Assembly (NCBI GenBank): GCA_963790395.1
Contig: CAWBOH010000005.1
Span: forward strand, 11,911 to 75,910
Reading direction: 5' to 3'
From: an uncultured Methanoregulaceae archaeon
GTDB lineage: Archaea; Halobacteriota; Methanomicrobia; Methanomicrobiales; Methanospirillaceae
DNA: 64,000 nt
Numbering within the stretch: position 1 is the stretch's first letter; each line of letters opens with the position of its first letter. Positions 1 to 10,300 of the stretch are shown piece after piece. A program made the translations under genes and the position numbers. A model generated the notes under the pieces. The model saw only the letters and a program-made list of their open reading frames with translations, was not told where the DNA came from and did no database searches.

Positions 1-1018
1 TCCGGCATTCTATCGCATGCCCTCGGATGGCAATATCATTCTGTTCAAAGGGAAGAGACTCACCGGCAGCAATTGCGATCTGTTGTCGCACAATATCGAC
101 ACCCGTAATAAACTCGGTTATGGTATGTTCTACCTGGAGCCGTGTATTCATCTCCATGAAATAATAGTTACCATCACTATACAGAAACTCAACAGTTCCG
201 GCATTGGAATAACCGGACACTTCCGCAACCTTAAGCGCTGATGCCGCCATCCGGTCACGTAACTCAGGACTCATGACCGGAGAAGGAGCCTCTTCGATGA
301 GTTTCTGGTGACGGCGCTGGATTGAACATTCACGATCATAGAGATGAATGGCATTACCATGTTCATCGGCCAGGACCTGTAACTCGATATGCCGGGGCTT
401 CACCAGATATTTCTCAATTAAAATGGCAGCATCCCCGAATGCAGATTCTGCAATGCGCATGGCGGCAGCAATAGCCTCCTGCAGGCCGTGCTCATCGTTC
501 ACAATCTGCATGCCAATTCCGCCGCCCCCGGCACTTGCCTTGATAATCACCGGATAGCCTATCGTATCGGCAATTTTTTTTGCCTCATCGAGATTTTTTA
601 CACCGCCATCTGTTCCGGGAACCACCGGGACTCCCGCGTCTTTCATCATCTGTTTGCTGCCGATTTTCGATCCCATCGCCCTGATAGTCTTCCAGCCGGG
701 ACCGACAAAGATCACGTTCTCATCATGACAGATCTTTGCAAACCGGTAATTCTCAGCCAAAAACCCATAACCCGGATGAATTGCCTCGGCTCCGCTTTTT
801 TTTGCAATATCAACAATTCTCTCTATGTTGAGGTAGCTTTTTGAAGGATGGGCATCTCCTACGAGAAAGGCCTCATCTGCATATTTGACATGGAGTGCAT
901 TGTTGTCAGCAGAAGAGTAGATCGCTACCGTCTCGATCCCAAGTTCTCGGCACGCCCGCATAATGCGGATTGCAATCTCACCCCGGTTGGCAATCAGGAT
1001 TTTTTCAAAATATTTCAT
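1..1018 (-). CDS. pycA: Pyruvate carboxylase subunit A (biotin carboxylase), 3'-truncated by the window edge
   Basis: Manual translation from ATG 1018: [23 protein letters not shown]...[18 protein letters not shown]...[12 protein letters not shown]...GHAIECR; N-terminal and window-edge segments are in the same frame; ATGA overlap with pycB stop. Confidence 0.95.
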   Translation of the reverse strand, partial: MKYFEKILIANRGEIAIRIMRACRELGIETVAIYSSADNNALHVKYADEAFLVGDAHPSKSYLNIERIVDIAKKSGAEAIHPGYGFLAENYRFAKICHDENVIFVGPGWKTIRAMGSKIGSKQMMKDAGVPVVPGTDGGVKNLDEAKKIADTIGYPVIIKASAGGGGIGMQIVNDEHGLQEAIAAAMRIAESAFGDAAILIEKYLVKPRHIELQVLADEHGNAIHLYDRECSIQRRHQKLIEEAPSPVMSPELRDRMAASALKVAEVSGYSNAGTVEFLYSDGNYYFMEMNTRLQVEHTITEFITGVDIVRQQIAIAAGESLPFEQNDIAIRGHAIECR

Positions 1019-2754
1019 TGCACCACCAGCAGGACGTCACCATTCTGGACGACATCGCCGGTATCCACGAAGATCTCGGTAACCCTGCCGTCGACCGGGC
1101 TATGGATGGGATTTTCCATTTTCATGGCTTCAAGGACAAGAAGCGTATCCCCTTTCTTTACCGTAGCGCCCCGGCTCACCAGCACCTGAAGAACCATTCC
1201 CTGCATATTACTTTTGATACCGCCGGCAAATTCCCCGCGTGGAATTTTCTGCTGTGTTACACCTGCTACTTCGACCTTGCTTCCTCCGACTGAGACGATG
1301 CGGACTGTGAAGATTTCGCCGTCCACCTCTACTTCCATCTGGCTGGGCATTCCGGTTTCAGGTTGTGTCACTGGCTGCTTTTTGGGAATCTGTTCTAAAA
1401 TCCGTTCCCCTTTGAGGAATGACGGTGCAATTGCAGGATAGAGTATATAGGTAAGTATGTCTTCTTCCTTTTTTACCAGCCCGGCTTTCTCTGCTTCCTC
1501 TTTCATCTTTTCATATGCAGGTTCCAGCAGATCGGCCGGCCTGACGGTAACAACTTCATCATCACCGATGATTAATTTTTGAATTTCCTCGCTTACCGGT
1601 GCAGGTGATTTCCCGTAGAGTCCATGAATATAGTCTTTTACTTCCTTTGTAACGTTCCTGTAACGCTCACCGTTTACCAGTACGTTAAGTACTGCCTGAG
1701 TCCCGACAATCTGGCTGGTAGGAGTGACCAGCGGAGGATAACCCAGATCTTTTCTCACCCGCGGGATTTCTCTCAGTACCTCATCCATCCGGTTGAGTGC
1801 ATCCTGCTCCTGCAACTGCGAAACAAGGTTGGAGATCATTCCGCCAGGCAGCTGGTAGAGGAGCACATCACTGTCAACACGCTCGGATATCGGGTTGAGC
1901 AACCCGGCATATTTTTCCCGTATCTGTATGCAGATATCACGCACTGCCCTGAGTTTCAGGAGGTCAATACCCGTGTCCTCCGGTGTGCCGATTAAGGATG
2001 CAACAATACTTTCAGTTGGAGGCTGGGACGTACCCATGGAGAAGGGGGACATCGCTGTATCAAGTATATCAACGCCGGATTCAATTGCAGCCTGGTAACT
2101 CATCGGGGCAATTCCACTTGTTGAGTGACTGTGAAGGCAGACCTTGATATCCACGGCTTTCTTGATGCCGGAAATCAGATCATGAGTTGCCTGCGGCATG
2201 ATAAGCCCTGCCATATCCTTGATGCAGATGGAATCACACTCATTCGCATAGAGATCTTTTGCCATCTCAATGAATGTCTGGGTGGTGTGAACAGGACTTG
2301 TTGTATAGGATATCGCACCCTGAAGGTGAGCGCCTACGTTTTTTACCTGGTCCATTGAACGCTTCATGTTCCTGATATCGTTTAATGCATCAAAAACCCG
2401 GAAGATATCCACCCCGTTTTTATGAGCTGCGGTGACAAATTTATCAACCACATCGTCAGGATAATGACGATATCCCACGAGGTTTTGCCCGCGCAGGAGC
2501 ATCTGGATTGGGGTATGCTTCAGTTCAGCATTCAGGGCCCGGAGGCGGTCCCATGGATCGTCGTTTAAAAACCGGATACACGTATCGAACGTGGCGCCTC
2601 CCCAGGCTTCAACTGAGAAAAAACCGCAGGTGTCGATTTCCCGTGCAAGCGGAACCATATCATCTGTCCGGAGCCTGGTTGCGATGAGAGACTGATGGGC
2701 GTCCCGCAGGGTAGTATCTGTAATGCAGATTTTTTTAGGAGAGGCAGTGCGCAT
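1015..2754 (-). CDS. pycB: Pyruvate carboxylase subunit B (carboxyltransferase plus biotinyl domain)
   Basis: [39 protein letters not shown] motifs; C-terminal EAMKM biotinyl-lysine. Confidence 0.95.
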   Translation of the reverse strand: MRTASPKKICITDTTLRDAHQSLIATRLRTDDMVPLAREIDTCGFFSVEAWGGATFDTCIRFLNDDPWDRLRALNAELKHTPIQMLLRGQNLVGYRHYPDDVVDKFVTAAHKNGVDIFRVFDALNDIRNMKRSMDQVKNVGAHLQGAISYTTSPVHTTQTFIEMAKDLYANECDSICIKDMAGLIMPQATHDLISGIKKAVDIKVCLHSHSTSGIAPMSYQAAIESGVDILDTAMSPFSMGTSQPPTESIVASLIGTPEDTGIDLLKLRAVRDICIQIREKYAGLLNPISERVDSDVLLYQLPGGMISNLVSQLQEQDALNRMDEVLREIPRVRKDLGYPPLVTPTSQIVGTQAVLNVLVNGERYRNVTKEVKDYIHGLYGKSPAPVSEEIQKLIIGDDEVVTVRPADLLEPAYEKMKEEAEKAGLVKKEEDILTYILYPAIAPSFLKGERILEQIPKKQPVTQPETGMPSQMEVEVDGEIFTVRIVSVGGSKVEVAGVTQQKIPRGEFAGGIKSNMQGMVLQVLVSRGATVKKGDTLLVLEAMKMENPIHSPVDGRVTEIFVDTGDVVQNGDVLLVVQ

Positions 2755-2801
2755 GAAGATCCTCAGGGCTATCGTAGGATCACATTAAGCCTCTCAAAAC
2801 T

Positions 2802-3455
2802 TCATCGGTAAAGTATAAAAAATTCACTAACTGGAATCAGTGAGAAAATGAAAACTCCCAGAACAAACGCTCCTGCAACAAGGTCAGATGGCTTGGTTAC
2901 AAATTCCGGACATATGGTACCTCCGGACTGATACCCACGGACGGCAAGTAATTCTGAGGTATCCTCTGCTCTGGCAAGTGCCCCGTGGACAAGTACCAGA
3001 CCCGCTGGAACGAGACTGCGTACTTCCCAACGCATACCTTTAATCCCCTGTGCAATACGGATTCTTTCAAGATCGGCGGAAACTGAAACAAGGGATTGCA
3101 TTCCCATCTCAGCAATCATCCCGATTTCAAATCCTATTCTGTCACCGAATAACCAGACACCGGCACGTAAGAATTCCCCGGACTTCTGCTCATCATATAT
3201 CCACATGCCGATAAGAAGAATCACGGTCATGCGGATAAAATACGAAAGGCCTCCTCCGCTAAAAATTTCCAGAATAATGCTGAAAAATACTATCATCAGG
3301 AGTATTGATAAAATCAGAGGAATCCTTTTTACCAGTTTCAGACGAGGGGCAAAGACAAGCCACCACAGTATTGCAGCAGCAGCTCCCTGAAGGCTTATGA
3401 AAGCAGCAAGCGAAAGGAATGCTGCGGCAGCAATTCTTATCCTCGGGTCCTGCAC
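2802..3455 (-). CDS. ECF transporter transmembrane (EcfT/BioN-like) component
   Basis: Hydrophobic helices, C-terminal LAVRGY (ARG-like motif), operon with bioY and two ATPases. Confidence 0.7.
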   Translation of the reverse strand: MQDPRIRIAAAAFLSLAAFISLQGAAAAILWWLVFAPRLKLVKRIPLILSILLMIVFFSIILEIFSGGGLSYFIRMTVILLIGMWIYDEQKSGEFLRAGVWLFGDRIGFEIGMIAEMGMQSLVSVSADLERIRIAQGIKGMRWEVRSLVPAGLVLVHGALARAEDTSELLAVRGYQSGGTICPEFVTKPSDLVAGAFVLGVFIFSLIPVSEFFILYR

Positions 3456-4138
3456 AGTGCCTCCCTGAGATCTTCCAGAGACAGGTTATCTGGTACCTGC
3501 CCTGATGCGGCGAGTTTCATTATCACCGGGGGGACATTTCGCCAGTTAAAAAACGCATCCGGGGGTCTGCCACAGTCGATGAGTTTGTTGTCCGTGATCT
3601 CCCAAATCCTGTCAACCCGGGGAAGTATATTCTGTTCATGGGTAAAAATTACACAAATCCCCTCTTTTCTTTGCTCTATACGGGCACATATTCTTGCTTT
3701 TTCCTGGCAGTCAAGTGAGCTGAACGGTTCGTCAAGCAGGAGGAGATCATAATCTTTAGCAAGAACACATGCAAGGTGGAGGCGCTTCAGTTCACCCCTG
3801 CTCAGTGAGAGCGGTGATATCTTTTCCCGCCCATTAAGTCCGGTTGCATTAATAATTTCATCCGGATCTACCCCCCATGACGCGCATTCGTCAGCAACAG
3901 AAAGACCGGTGACATGGAGTTCAGGGAACTGGAGAGAAAGCATGCTCGTGGTAATCTCTTCTCTCTCGATAATTCCTCCGGACGGGGGCAAGAGCCCCGC
4001 CATTATGAGTGCCAGGGTTGACTTCCCGCTCCCCACCTCTCCGCTTACAAGGTGTACGCCTTTATTGAATGTGCCGCACGCAGAAAGTGACCAGTGATCA
4101 CGGACCGCACATACCTGGTTTAACGCGATTTTTATCAT
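3437..4138 (-). CDS. ECF/ABC transporter ATP-binding protein
   Basis: GEVGSGKST Walker A, LSRGE signature, LLLLDEP Walker B; start at ATG 4138 overlapping upstream TGA. Confidence 0.85.
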   Translation of the reverse strand: MIKIALNQVCAVRDHWSLSACGTFNKGVHLVSGEVGSGKSTLALIMAGLLPPSGGIIEREEITTSMLSLQFPELHVTGLSVADECASWGVDPDEIINATGLNGREKISPLSLSRGELKRLHLACVLAKDYDLLLLDEPFSSLDCQEKARICARIEQRKEGICVIFTHEQNILPRVDRIWEITDNKLIDCGRPPDAFFNWRNVPPVIMKLAASGQVPDNLSLEDLREALCRTRG

Positions 4139-4803
4139 CCGCACTCCCATAATACCGGGTAATATGCCGTTCCTGTCAGCAAAGGAATAACAAGGTCCGG
4201 TGTGCCCGAATGGATGATCCGCCCTGAATCAAAGAAGAGAAGATGATCACTGTGGATTGCTGTTTCCATCTGCTGCGTACAACGGATCACATAATCAGCT
4301 CCTGATGTTTGAATTTTTTGTTCAATCCTGATCAAAGAGTGTGCATCGAGATGTGAATCATACTCATCCAGAATTAACACCTTTGGGTGGTGAACCAGTG
4401 CTGCAGCAAGGGAAACAAGTACTTTTTCACCTCCGGATAACTCACGGATCTTTCTCTGCAGGAGATGGGTGATACCCACAGCTTCTGCGCATTCACTGAC
4501 ATTTAAATCAATTTCATTGCAGGGAGTGCGACGGAAACGCAGCGGGGATGCTATCTCATCGAAAACATTTACAAAAAGGATATTGCGATCAGGGAATTCA
4601 TTCACCCACCCGGTCTCGGTTTCCCGTGGAGGTGAAGTATCGATCATAAGAGTGCCGGAATCTGGTACTGCAATACCGGCACAGATCTTGAGAAAGGTGG
4701 TTTTCCCGCTACCGTTTGGACCAATGAGTGTTGTGATGCCGGGTCTGATGGTGAGTGCGTCAATCGCAAGATTACGGTAGCGCAGGAATTCAGCGGTTAT
4801 CAT
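4135..4803 (-). CDS. ECF/ABC transporter ATP-binding protein
   Basis: GPNGSGKTT, LSGGE, LILDE; start MITAEF at 4803 coupled to bioY stop (ATGA). Confidence 0.87.
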   Translation of the reverse strand: MITAEFLRYRNLAIDALTIRPGITTLIGPNGSGKTTFLKICAGIAVPDSGTLMIDTSPPRETETGWVNEFPDRNILFVNVFDEIASPLRFRRTPCNEIDLNVSECAEAVGITHLLQRKIRELSGGEKVLVSLAAALVHHPKVLILDEYDSHLDAHSLIRIEQKIQTSGADYVIRCTQQMETAIHSDHLLFFDSGRIIHSGTPDLVIPLLTGTAYYPVLWECG

Positions 4804-5309
4804 GGAAGTCGTTTCGCAATCATGTACGCAGCATATATTTTTATCGCATCGCCAGGGATAAACGGGAGCACTCCACTTAAAACTGCAGGGATGAGTCCTA
4901 TGGTGAGGGAATACATCAGCCATGCAACACCACAACCATAGATGATACCGGTTCCCGCCAGAAGTCCTGTAATCCTTATCGTCGCAGATTCGTGTTCAAA
5001 GGCAAGTCCGACCATAAGTGCAGCGAAGATAAACCCAATCAGGTAACCTCCGGTTGGTCCAAGCAGGATGCCAAACCCGGCTATACCCGTATGAAATACC
5101 GGGAGCCCCAGTGTGCCAAAAACCACATATAAGGATAGCGGGATTACCGCGTACCTTTTCATTACCGCTCCGGCAAGCAGGACAAACAGAGACTGAAGTG
5201 TCAGAGGTACAGGAAAGAATGGCACTGACACCCACGCCCCGAGGCTGATAAGACCTATAAATGCGGCAGAGAATGCGATAATTCTGGATTTCTGGAGGTT
5301 CCCAAACAT
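4800..5309 (-). CDS. bioY: Biotin transporter BioY (ECF S component)
   Basis: PVPLTLQ, GLPVF, GPTGGYLIGF, PFIPGDAIK BioY motifs. Confidence 0.95.
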   Translation of the reverse strand: MFGNLQKSRIIAFSAAFIGLISLGAWVSVPFFPVPLTLQSLFVLLAGAVMKRYAVIPLSLYVVFGTLGLPVFHTGIAGFGILLGPTGGYLIGFIFAALMVGLAFEHESATIRITGLLAGTGIIYGCGVAWLMYSLTIGLIPAVLSGVLPFIPGDAIKIYAAYMIAKRLP

Positions 5310-5342
5310 CGTCAACCATTAAAAAATTGCATGGTTGACGAT
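5308..5342. promoter_or_regulatory. BirA (biotin repressor) operator upstream of and overlapping the bioY start
   Basis: Perfect 12-bp inverted repeat ATCGTCAACCAT-N11-ATGGTTGACGAT; core GTCAACC-N15-GGTTGAC resembles known BirA operators; lies between birA and bioY. Confidence 0.8.
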
Positions 5343-5359
5343 AAAAAAGTACCTTTCAC

Positions 5360-6340
5360 TTACTGGTGATAACAGTCACCGGCAATGACCCGTTCGATTT
5401 TACCATTATCTTTCCTGATTATAAGGGCCCCGAACTCATCGATATCAATTGCTTCCCCTTCAAAACTATTTTTGAGTGTCCTTATCTGCACCCGGTTTTC
5501 GAGTGTACAGGAAAGACTTTTCCATTCCCTGATGATTGTTTCATATTCACCACTCTCCAGCAGAAGATAATGGCTTTCAAACTCCTTGAGAATTCGTGCG
5601 AGTAATGAAGCACGGTCTACTTCATGCCCTACTTCGGCACTGATAGACGTGATGTCTTTTTGTAAGGACGGTGAAAACTGGCTGAGCGTTACATTTACAT
5701 CGATGCCAATACCTAACAGGCAATAATGAACCGTATCTGCTTCGGCCGCCAGCTCAAGAAGGAGTCCCGCAACTTTCTTGTTACCGATATAGATATCATT
5801 TGGCCATTTAATCAGTGCACCGATATCGAATTCCTTACGGATTGCACGGGCAACTGCAATAGATCCTGCCATGGTAATCATGAAGACATGATCGATGGGC
5901 ACACGGGGTTTCAGAACAACCGTTATCCAGATCCCACCACTTGGTGAGGCCCATGCTCTCCCCATTCTTCCCACACCTCCGGTCTGTTCTTCGGCAATGA
6001 TCACCATTCCATGCATCTTCCCGACATCCCCTTCCGAGCACATCTGCTTACCGACCCAGATGGTTGAGGGAGTATTCTCGAGATATCGTATCTTTTTGCC
6101 GATAAACTGTGTCTTTAATTTTTTATGGATCTCGTAGGGGAGGAGCTTGTTACTTGAATGGGTGAGTTTGTAACCCTCTTTTTGTGATGAAAAGATCTCA
6201 TACCCCATTCCCCGCAGCTCTTTTATGTGCTTCCAGACCGCGGATCTGGTTATTCCCAGTTCATTACTGACAGATTCACCGGAAATAGGGGTCTCTGATC
6301 GCTCGAGGATCTCAAGTACTTTAAATGCAGAATCTGGCAA
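5360..6340 (-). CDS. birA: Bifunctional biotin-protein ligase / biotin repressor BirA
   Basis: N-terminal HTH (SGESVSNELGITRSAVWKHI), QTGGVGRMGRAW, KWPND, KVAGLL; start probably TTG 6340 after GGAGGTGA (GTG 6349 alternative). Confidence 0.93.
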   Translation of the reverse strand: MPDSAFKVLEILERSETPISGESVSNELGITRSAVWKHIKELRGMGYEIFSSQKEGYKLTHSSNKLLPYEIHKKLKTQFIGKKIRYLENTPSTIWVGKQMCSEGDVGKMHGMVIIAEEQTGGVGRMGRAWASPSGGIWITVVLKPRVPIDHVFMITMAGSIAVARAIRKEFDIGALIKWPNDIYIGNKKVAGLLLELAAEADTVHYCLLGIGIDVNVTLSQFSPSLQKDITSISAEVGHEVDRASLLARILKEFESHYLLLESGEYETIIREWKSLSCTLENRVQIRTLKNSFEGEAIDIDEFGALIIRKDNGKIERVIAGDCYHQ

Positions 6341-6345
6341 AATAT

Positions 6346-6768
6346 TCACCTCCTTGAACCACTCTGTTCGGACGGGAGGGGACATGGGTCCTTGCCACAA
6401 ACCTGCTTAAGTATCGCAGACTGGTGCTCCATTAAGGTGGCAAGATCAAAAATTCCCGTGATATCCACAATTCCGATTGCTCCAATGGCATTTCCTTCAT
6501 GGTCTCGGATTGGACTGACTGTCACAGGAACCCCCTTGTAAGCCCCGCTTGCCGGAGTAGTTTTGATCGCAATATTCTTCTCTATTGCTTCGAGGAGAAT
6601 GGGACCTGTATAATGCCGATCAATCACCATTCCGTCTTCGACACGTATCCCGTCTTTTTCCACTGACTTTGCTGTCACGGGAAGGCGGTGGATCAATTCG
6701 TGAACTGCGAGGACAACCGGCTCAAGATCACCTGCTTCCGCACTGCAGGACAACGAATAACGGTGCAT
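6346..6768 (-). CDS. Conserved methanogen protein (DUF2111-like)
   Basis: LPVTAKS, YTGPIL, GAYKGVPVTVSPI, AIGIVD motifs typical of this family; coupled to birA. Confidence 0.75.
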   Translation of the reverse strand: MHRYSLSCSAEAGDLEPVVLAVHELIHRLPVTAKSVEKDGIRVEDGMVIDRHYTGPILLEAIEKNIAIKTTPASGAYKGVPVTVSPIRDHEGNAIGAIGIVDITGIFDLATLMEHQSAILKQVCGKDPCPLPSEQSGSRR

Positions 6769-7332
6769 GGAACAAATACCTCTCTTATATCACTGGTCAG
6801 TTTCTATCTTGAAGAATATTGCGCATACATGGCAGTTCTGCTGATCAAAATATTTAATTGAAATCTGGCGGTGCATAATTTAAGTATTTTTGTACTATGT
6901 TTTTTTATCCGGCAATTCTTGGGGAAGTCCTGGTTATTGTTTCAACCAAAGTCATGATATCCGGTGTAAATTTGTTTTTAAAATGGATGAACAGGATTAA
7001 ATTCTTTTTAAAAGATGCTGTGGGAATATATCATTTCTGCTGAATCTGCCTGCGACGATGCTCTTACACCAAATTCTGGTATATTAGGCATAGAATCGTT
7101 TTTAGTTTTTGTTTGTTTCCATATCTATTTTAGTATTGTAATGGAATAGTTCTGTATCATGACATTCGACTTTATCAGATCACGTACTCCCATAAGCATT
7201 CTGATGATTATTCGTATGTCTGTTGAATCAGAAATTCGAAGAATACCGTGTGAGCAATAATGTTCGGGGAAATATTTCCCGGTACGAAAAAAAATTTAAA
7301 GGATTCTGAAAACAGGGAGGGGGATTGGTAAA

Positions 7333-10300
7333 ATGATGTCAGCAGTAGGGGGAAGAAAAATGCGTTCTTATCTGATTATTATTTGTCTTGTACTGCTTCT
7401 CACTCCGGCAGTTGCCGGTGCGGAGGTACCTGCAGTGACCGCAATTACACCTGCATATGGTGCTAATTCGTCCACAATCGCAATTACGAATCTCGCCGGA
7501 GCTAATTTCACCACAGGTGCGACCGTGATACTGACTCCAGTCACGGTCAATCCGGCTCATAAGGGCAGTATATCAAATGGTGCCGGTGGGGCTTTACTAT
7601 CGAGCCCGCAAGGCGTTTTTGTTTCCGGTAATTACGCCTATGTGGCAAGTTCCGGAAGCAATGCGCTTGAGATCGTGGATGTCACGAACCCTTCAGCCCC
7701 GATCCATAAGGGCAATATATCAAACGGTGCCGGCGGGGCTCTGCTATCGAGCCCACAAAGCGTCTTCGTTTCCGGTAATTACGCCTACGTGGCAAGTTAT
7801 ATTAGCAGTGCACTTGAGATCGTGGATATCTCGAACCCTGCGGCCCCGGTTCATAAGGGCAGCTTATCTAACGCAAACTTGTCGAATGCCCAGAGCGTCT
7901 TCGTAGCCGGTAATTACGCTTATGTGGCAAGCCCCGGAAGCAACGCGCTTGAGATCGTGGATGTCACGAATCCTGCAGTCCCGGTTCATAAGGGCAGCAT
8001 AACAAACCCCTCCCTGTTGAACCCCAAAAGCGTCTTCCTGGCCGGTAATTATGCCTACGTGGCAAGTTCCGGAAGTAATGTGCTGGAGATCGTGGATGTC
8101 ACGAATCCTGCAGTCCCGGTGCATAAGGGCAGCAGTACAACCATATTTTCGCCATCGAGCGTTTACGTTTCCGGAAACTATGCATACGTGACAAGTTATG
8201 GAAGCAATGCGCTTGTGATTGTTGATGTCACGAACCCTGCTATCCCACAAAATATAGGCACCATCTCGAATGCATACCTGAATAACCCCCAAAGTGTCTT
8301 CGTTGCCGGCAATTATGCCTATGTGAGCAGTGCCGGAACCAGCAATGCGCTTGAGATCGTGAATGTCACGAATCCGGCAAACCCGGTACACTTGGGTAGC
8401 ATATCAAACGGAGCAGGGGGGGCTCTCCTGTCGAACCCAAAAAGCGTCTTCGTATCCGGTAATTATGCCCATGTCGCAAGTTATGGAAGCAATGCGCTTG
8501 AGATTGTGGATATCGGGACTGTGACCGCTACGGGTGTAAATGTAGTTTCAGCAAACAAAATTACCTGTTCTGTCAACCTCAGCAACAAAGTAACCGGAAC
8601 TTATAATGTGGTAGTCATCAACCCGGACGGTAAGTTCGGTACGCTTCTTGGTGGATTTACTATTAATAATGCCCCGGTAGCCAGCTTTTATGGCACTCCA
8701 CTCACCGGGGCTGCTCCGTTAACGGTTACATTCACGGACACCTCCGCAAACAATCCAACTTCCTGGAACTGGTCGTTCGGGGACGGGACCTTCAGCACAA
8801 CGCAGAACCCGGCACATACCTACAGTCAGGGTGGGGTATACACGGTTTCATTGAGTGCGACAAGCGATAAAGGGACCAATACTCTGGCGCGAACGGATTA
8901 TATCGCTGTAACCTCTACAGAAAATGATGGAATTGCGATCTTCCGTCCATCCAGCGGGTACTGGTATTTTGATAACTACCTTGATGGTGTGGTCGATACC
9001 TCCTTCCGGTACGGGAAGTCTGGCGACCAGCCCGTCAAAGGCAACTGGCAGGGTACTGGAAGGGACGGCATAGCGATCTTCCGTCCATCGAGCGGGTACT
9101 GGTATTTTGACTATAACCTCTCCGGGGTAGTCGATAATTCGTTCAGGTTCGGGAAGTCTGGCGATCAGCCAATAGTTGGAAACTGGTCAGGTACCGGAAG
9201 GGACGGCATAGCGATCTTCCGTCCATCGAGCGGGTACTGGTATTTTGACTATAACCTCGATGGAGTAGTCGATAATTCGTTCAGGTTCGGGAAGTCTGGC
9301 GATCAGCCTGTCAAAGGCAACTGGCAGGGTACCGGAAGGGACAGCATAGCGATCTTCCGTCCATCAAGCGGGTACTGGTATTTTGACTATAACCTCGATG
9401 GAGTAGTCGATAATTCGTTCAGGTTCGGGAAGTCTGGCGACCAGCCCGTCAAAGGCAACTGGCAGGGTACCGGAAGGGACAGCATAGCGATCTTCCGGCC
9501 AGCCAGCGGGTACTGGTATTTCGATTACAACCTCTCCGGAGTGGTCGATAAATCCTTCAGGTACGGGAAGCTTGATGACCAGCCCATCACCGGTGACTGG
9601 CAGGGTACTGGAAGGGACGGTATAGCGATCTTCCGTCCATCCAGCGGGTACTGGTATTTCGATACCTTCCTTGATGGAGTGGTCGATACCTCCTTCCGGT
9701 ACGGGAAACTTGGTGACCAGATTATTGCTGCAAAATGGATTTCCCTTGCTCCTACTGCAGCCTTTACTGCTGAGTCCAGTGCCGGAACAGTCCCGCTGAC
9801 CGTCCAGTTCACCAGCCAGTCAACCGGAACGGCACTCCTGACCTATGCATGGGACTTTGGTGATGGAAACACATCGGCCAGCCAGAACCCGTCCCATGTG
9901 TACGCTTCTGTCGGTACCTACAGCGTAAACCTCACGGTCACGAATGCAGCAGGTAACAGCAGCTTATTAAGGACCGACTACATCACCGTGTCCCCGGCCC
10001 CGGAAGCCCCGGTTGCAGCCTTCACCGCAGATCCCCTCTCCGGAACTGCCCCGCTGACTGTAGATTTCACCAGTCAGTCGACAGGAACGCTACCACGGAC
10101 ATATGCATGGGATTTTACGAATAATGGAGACAATGAAAGTTCACTCCAGAACCCGTCGCACGTCTATTCCACTCCTGGTACGTACTCTGTCAAACTTTCG
10201 GTTACGAATGCGGCAGGCAGTAATAGTACAATAAGATCCAACTACATCACCGTTACTGCGCCAGGAATTACGCTCTCGCCATCAAGTCTCTCTGCAGTCT

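Noticed and set aside
6770-7330. Long intergenic regions (also 11317-11880 and 17156-17480) as possible ncRNA or mobile elements
   Set aside because: AT-rich, with no TIRs, tRNA-like folds or strong stems found by eye; consistent with promoters and T-rich terminators
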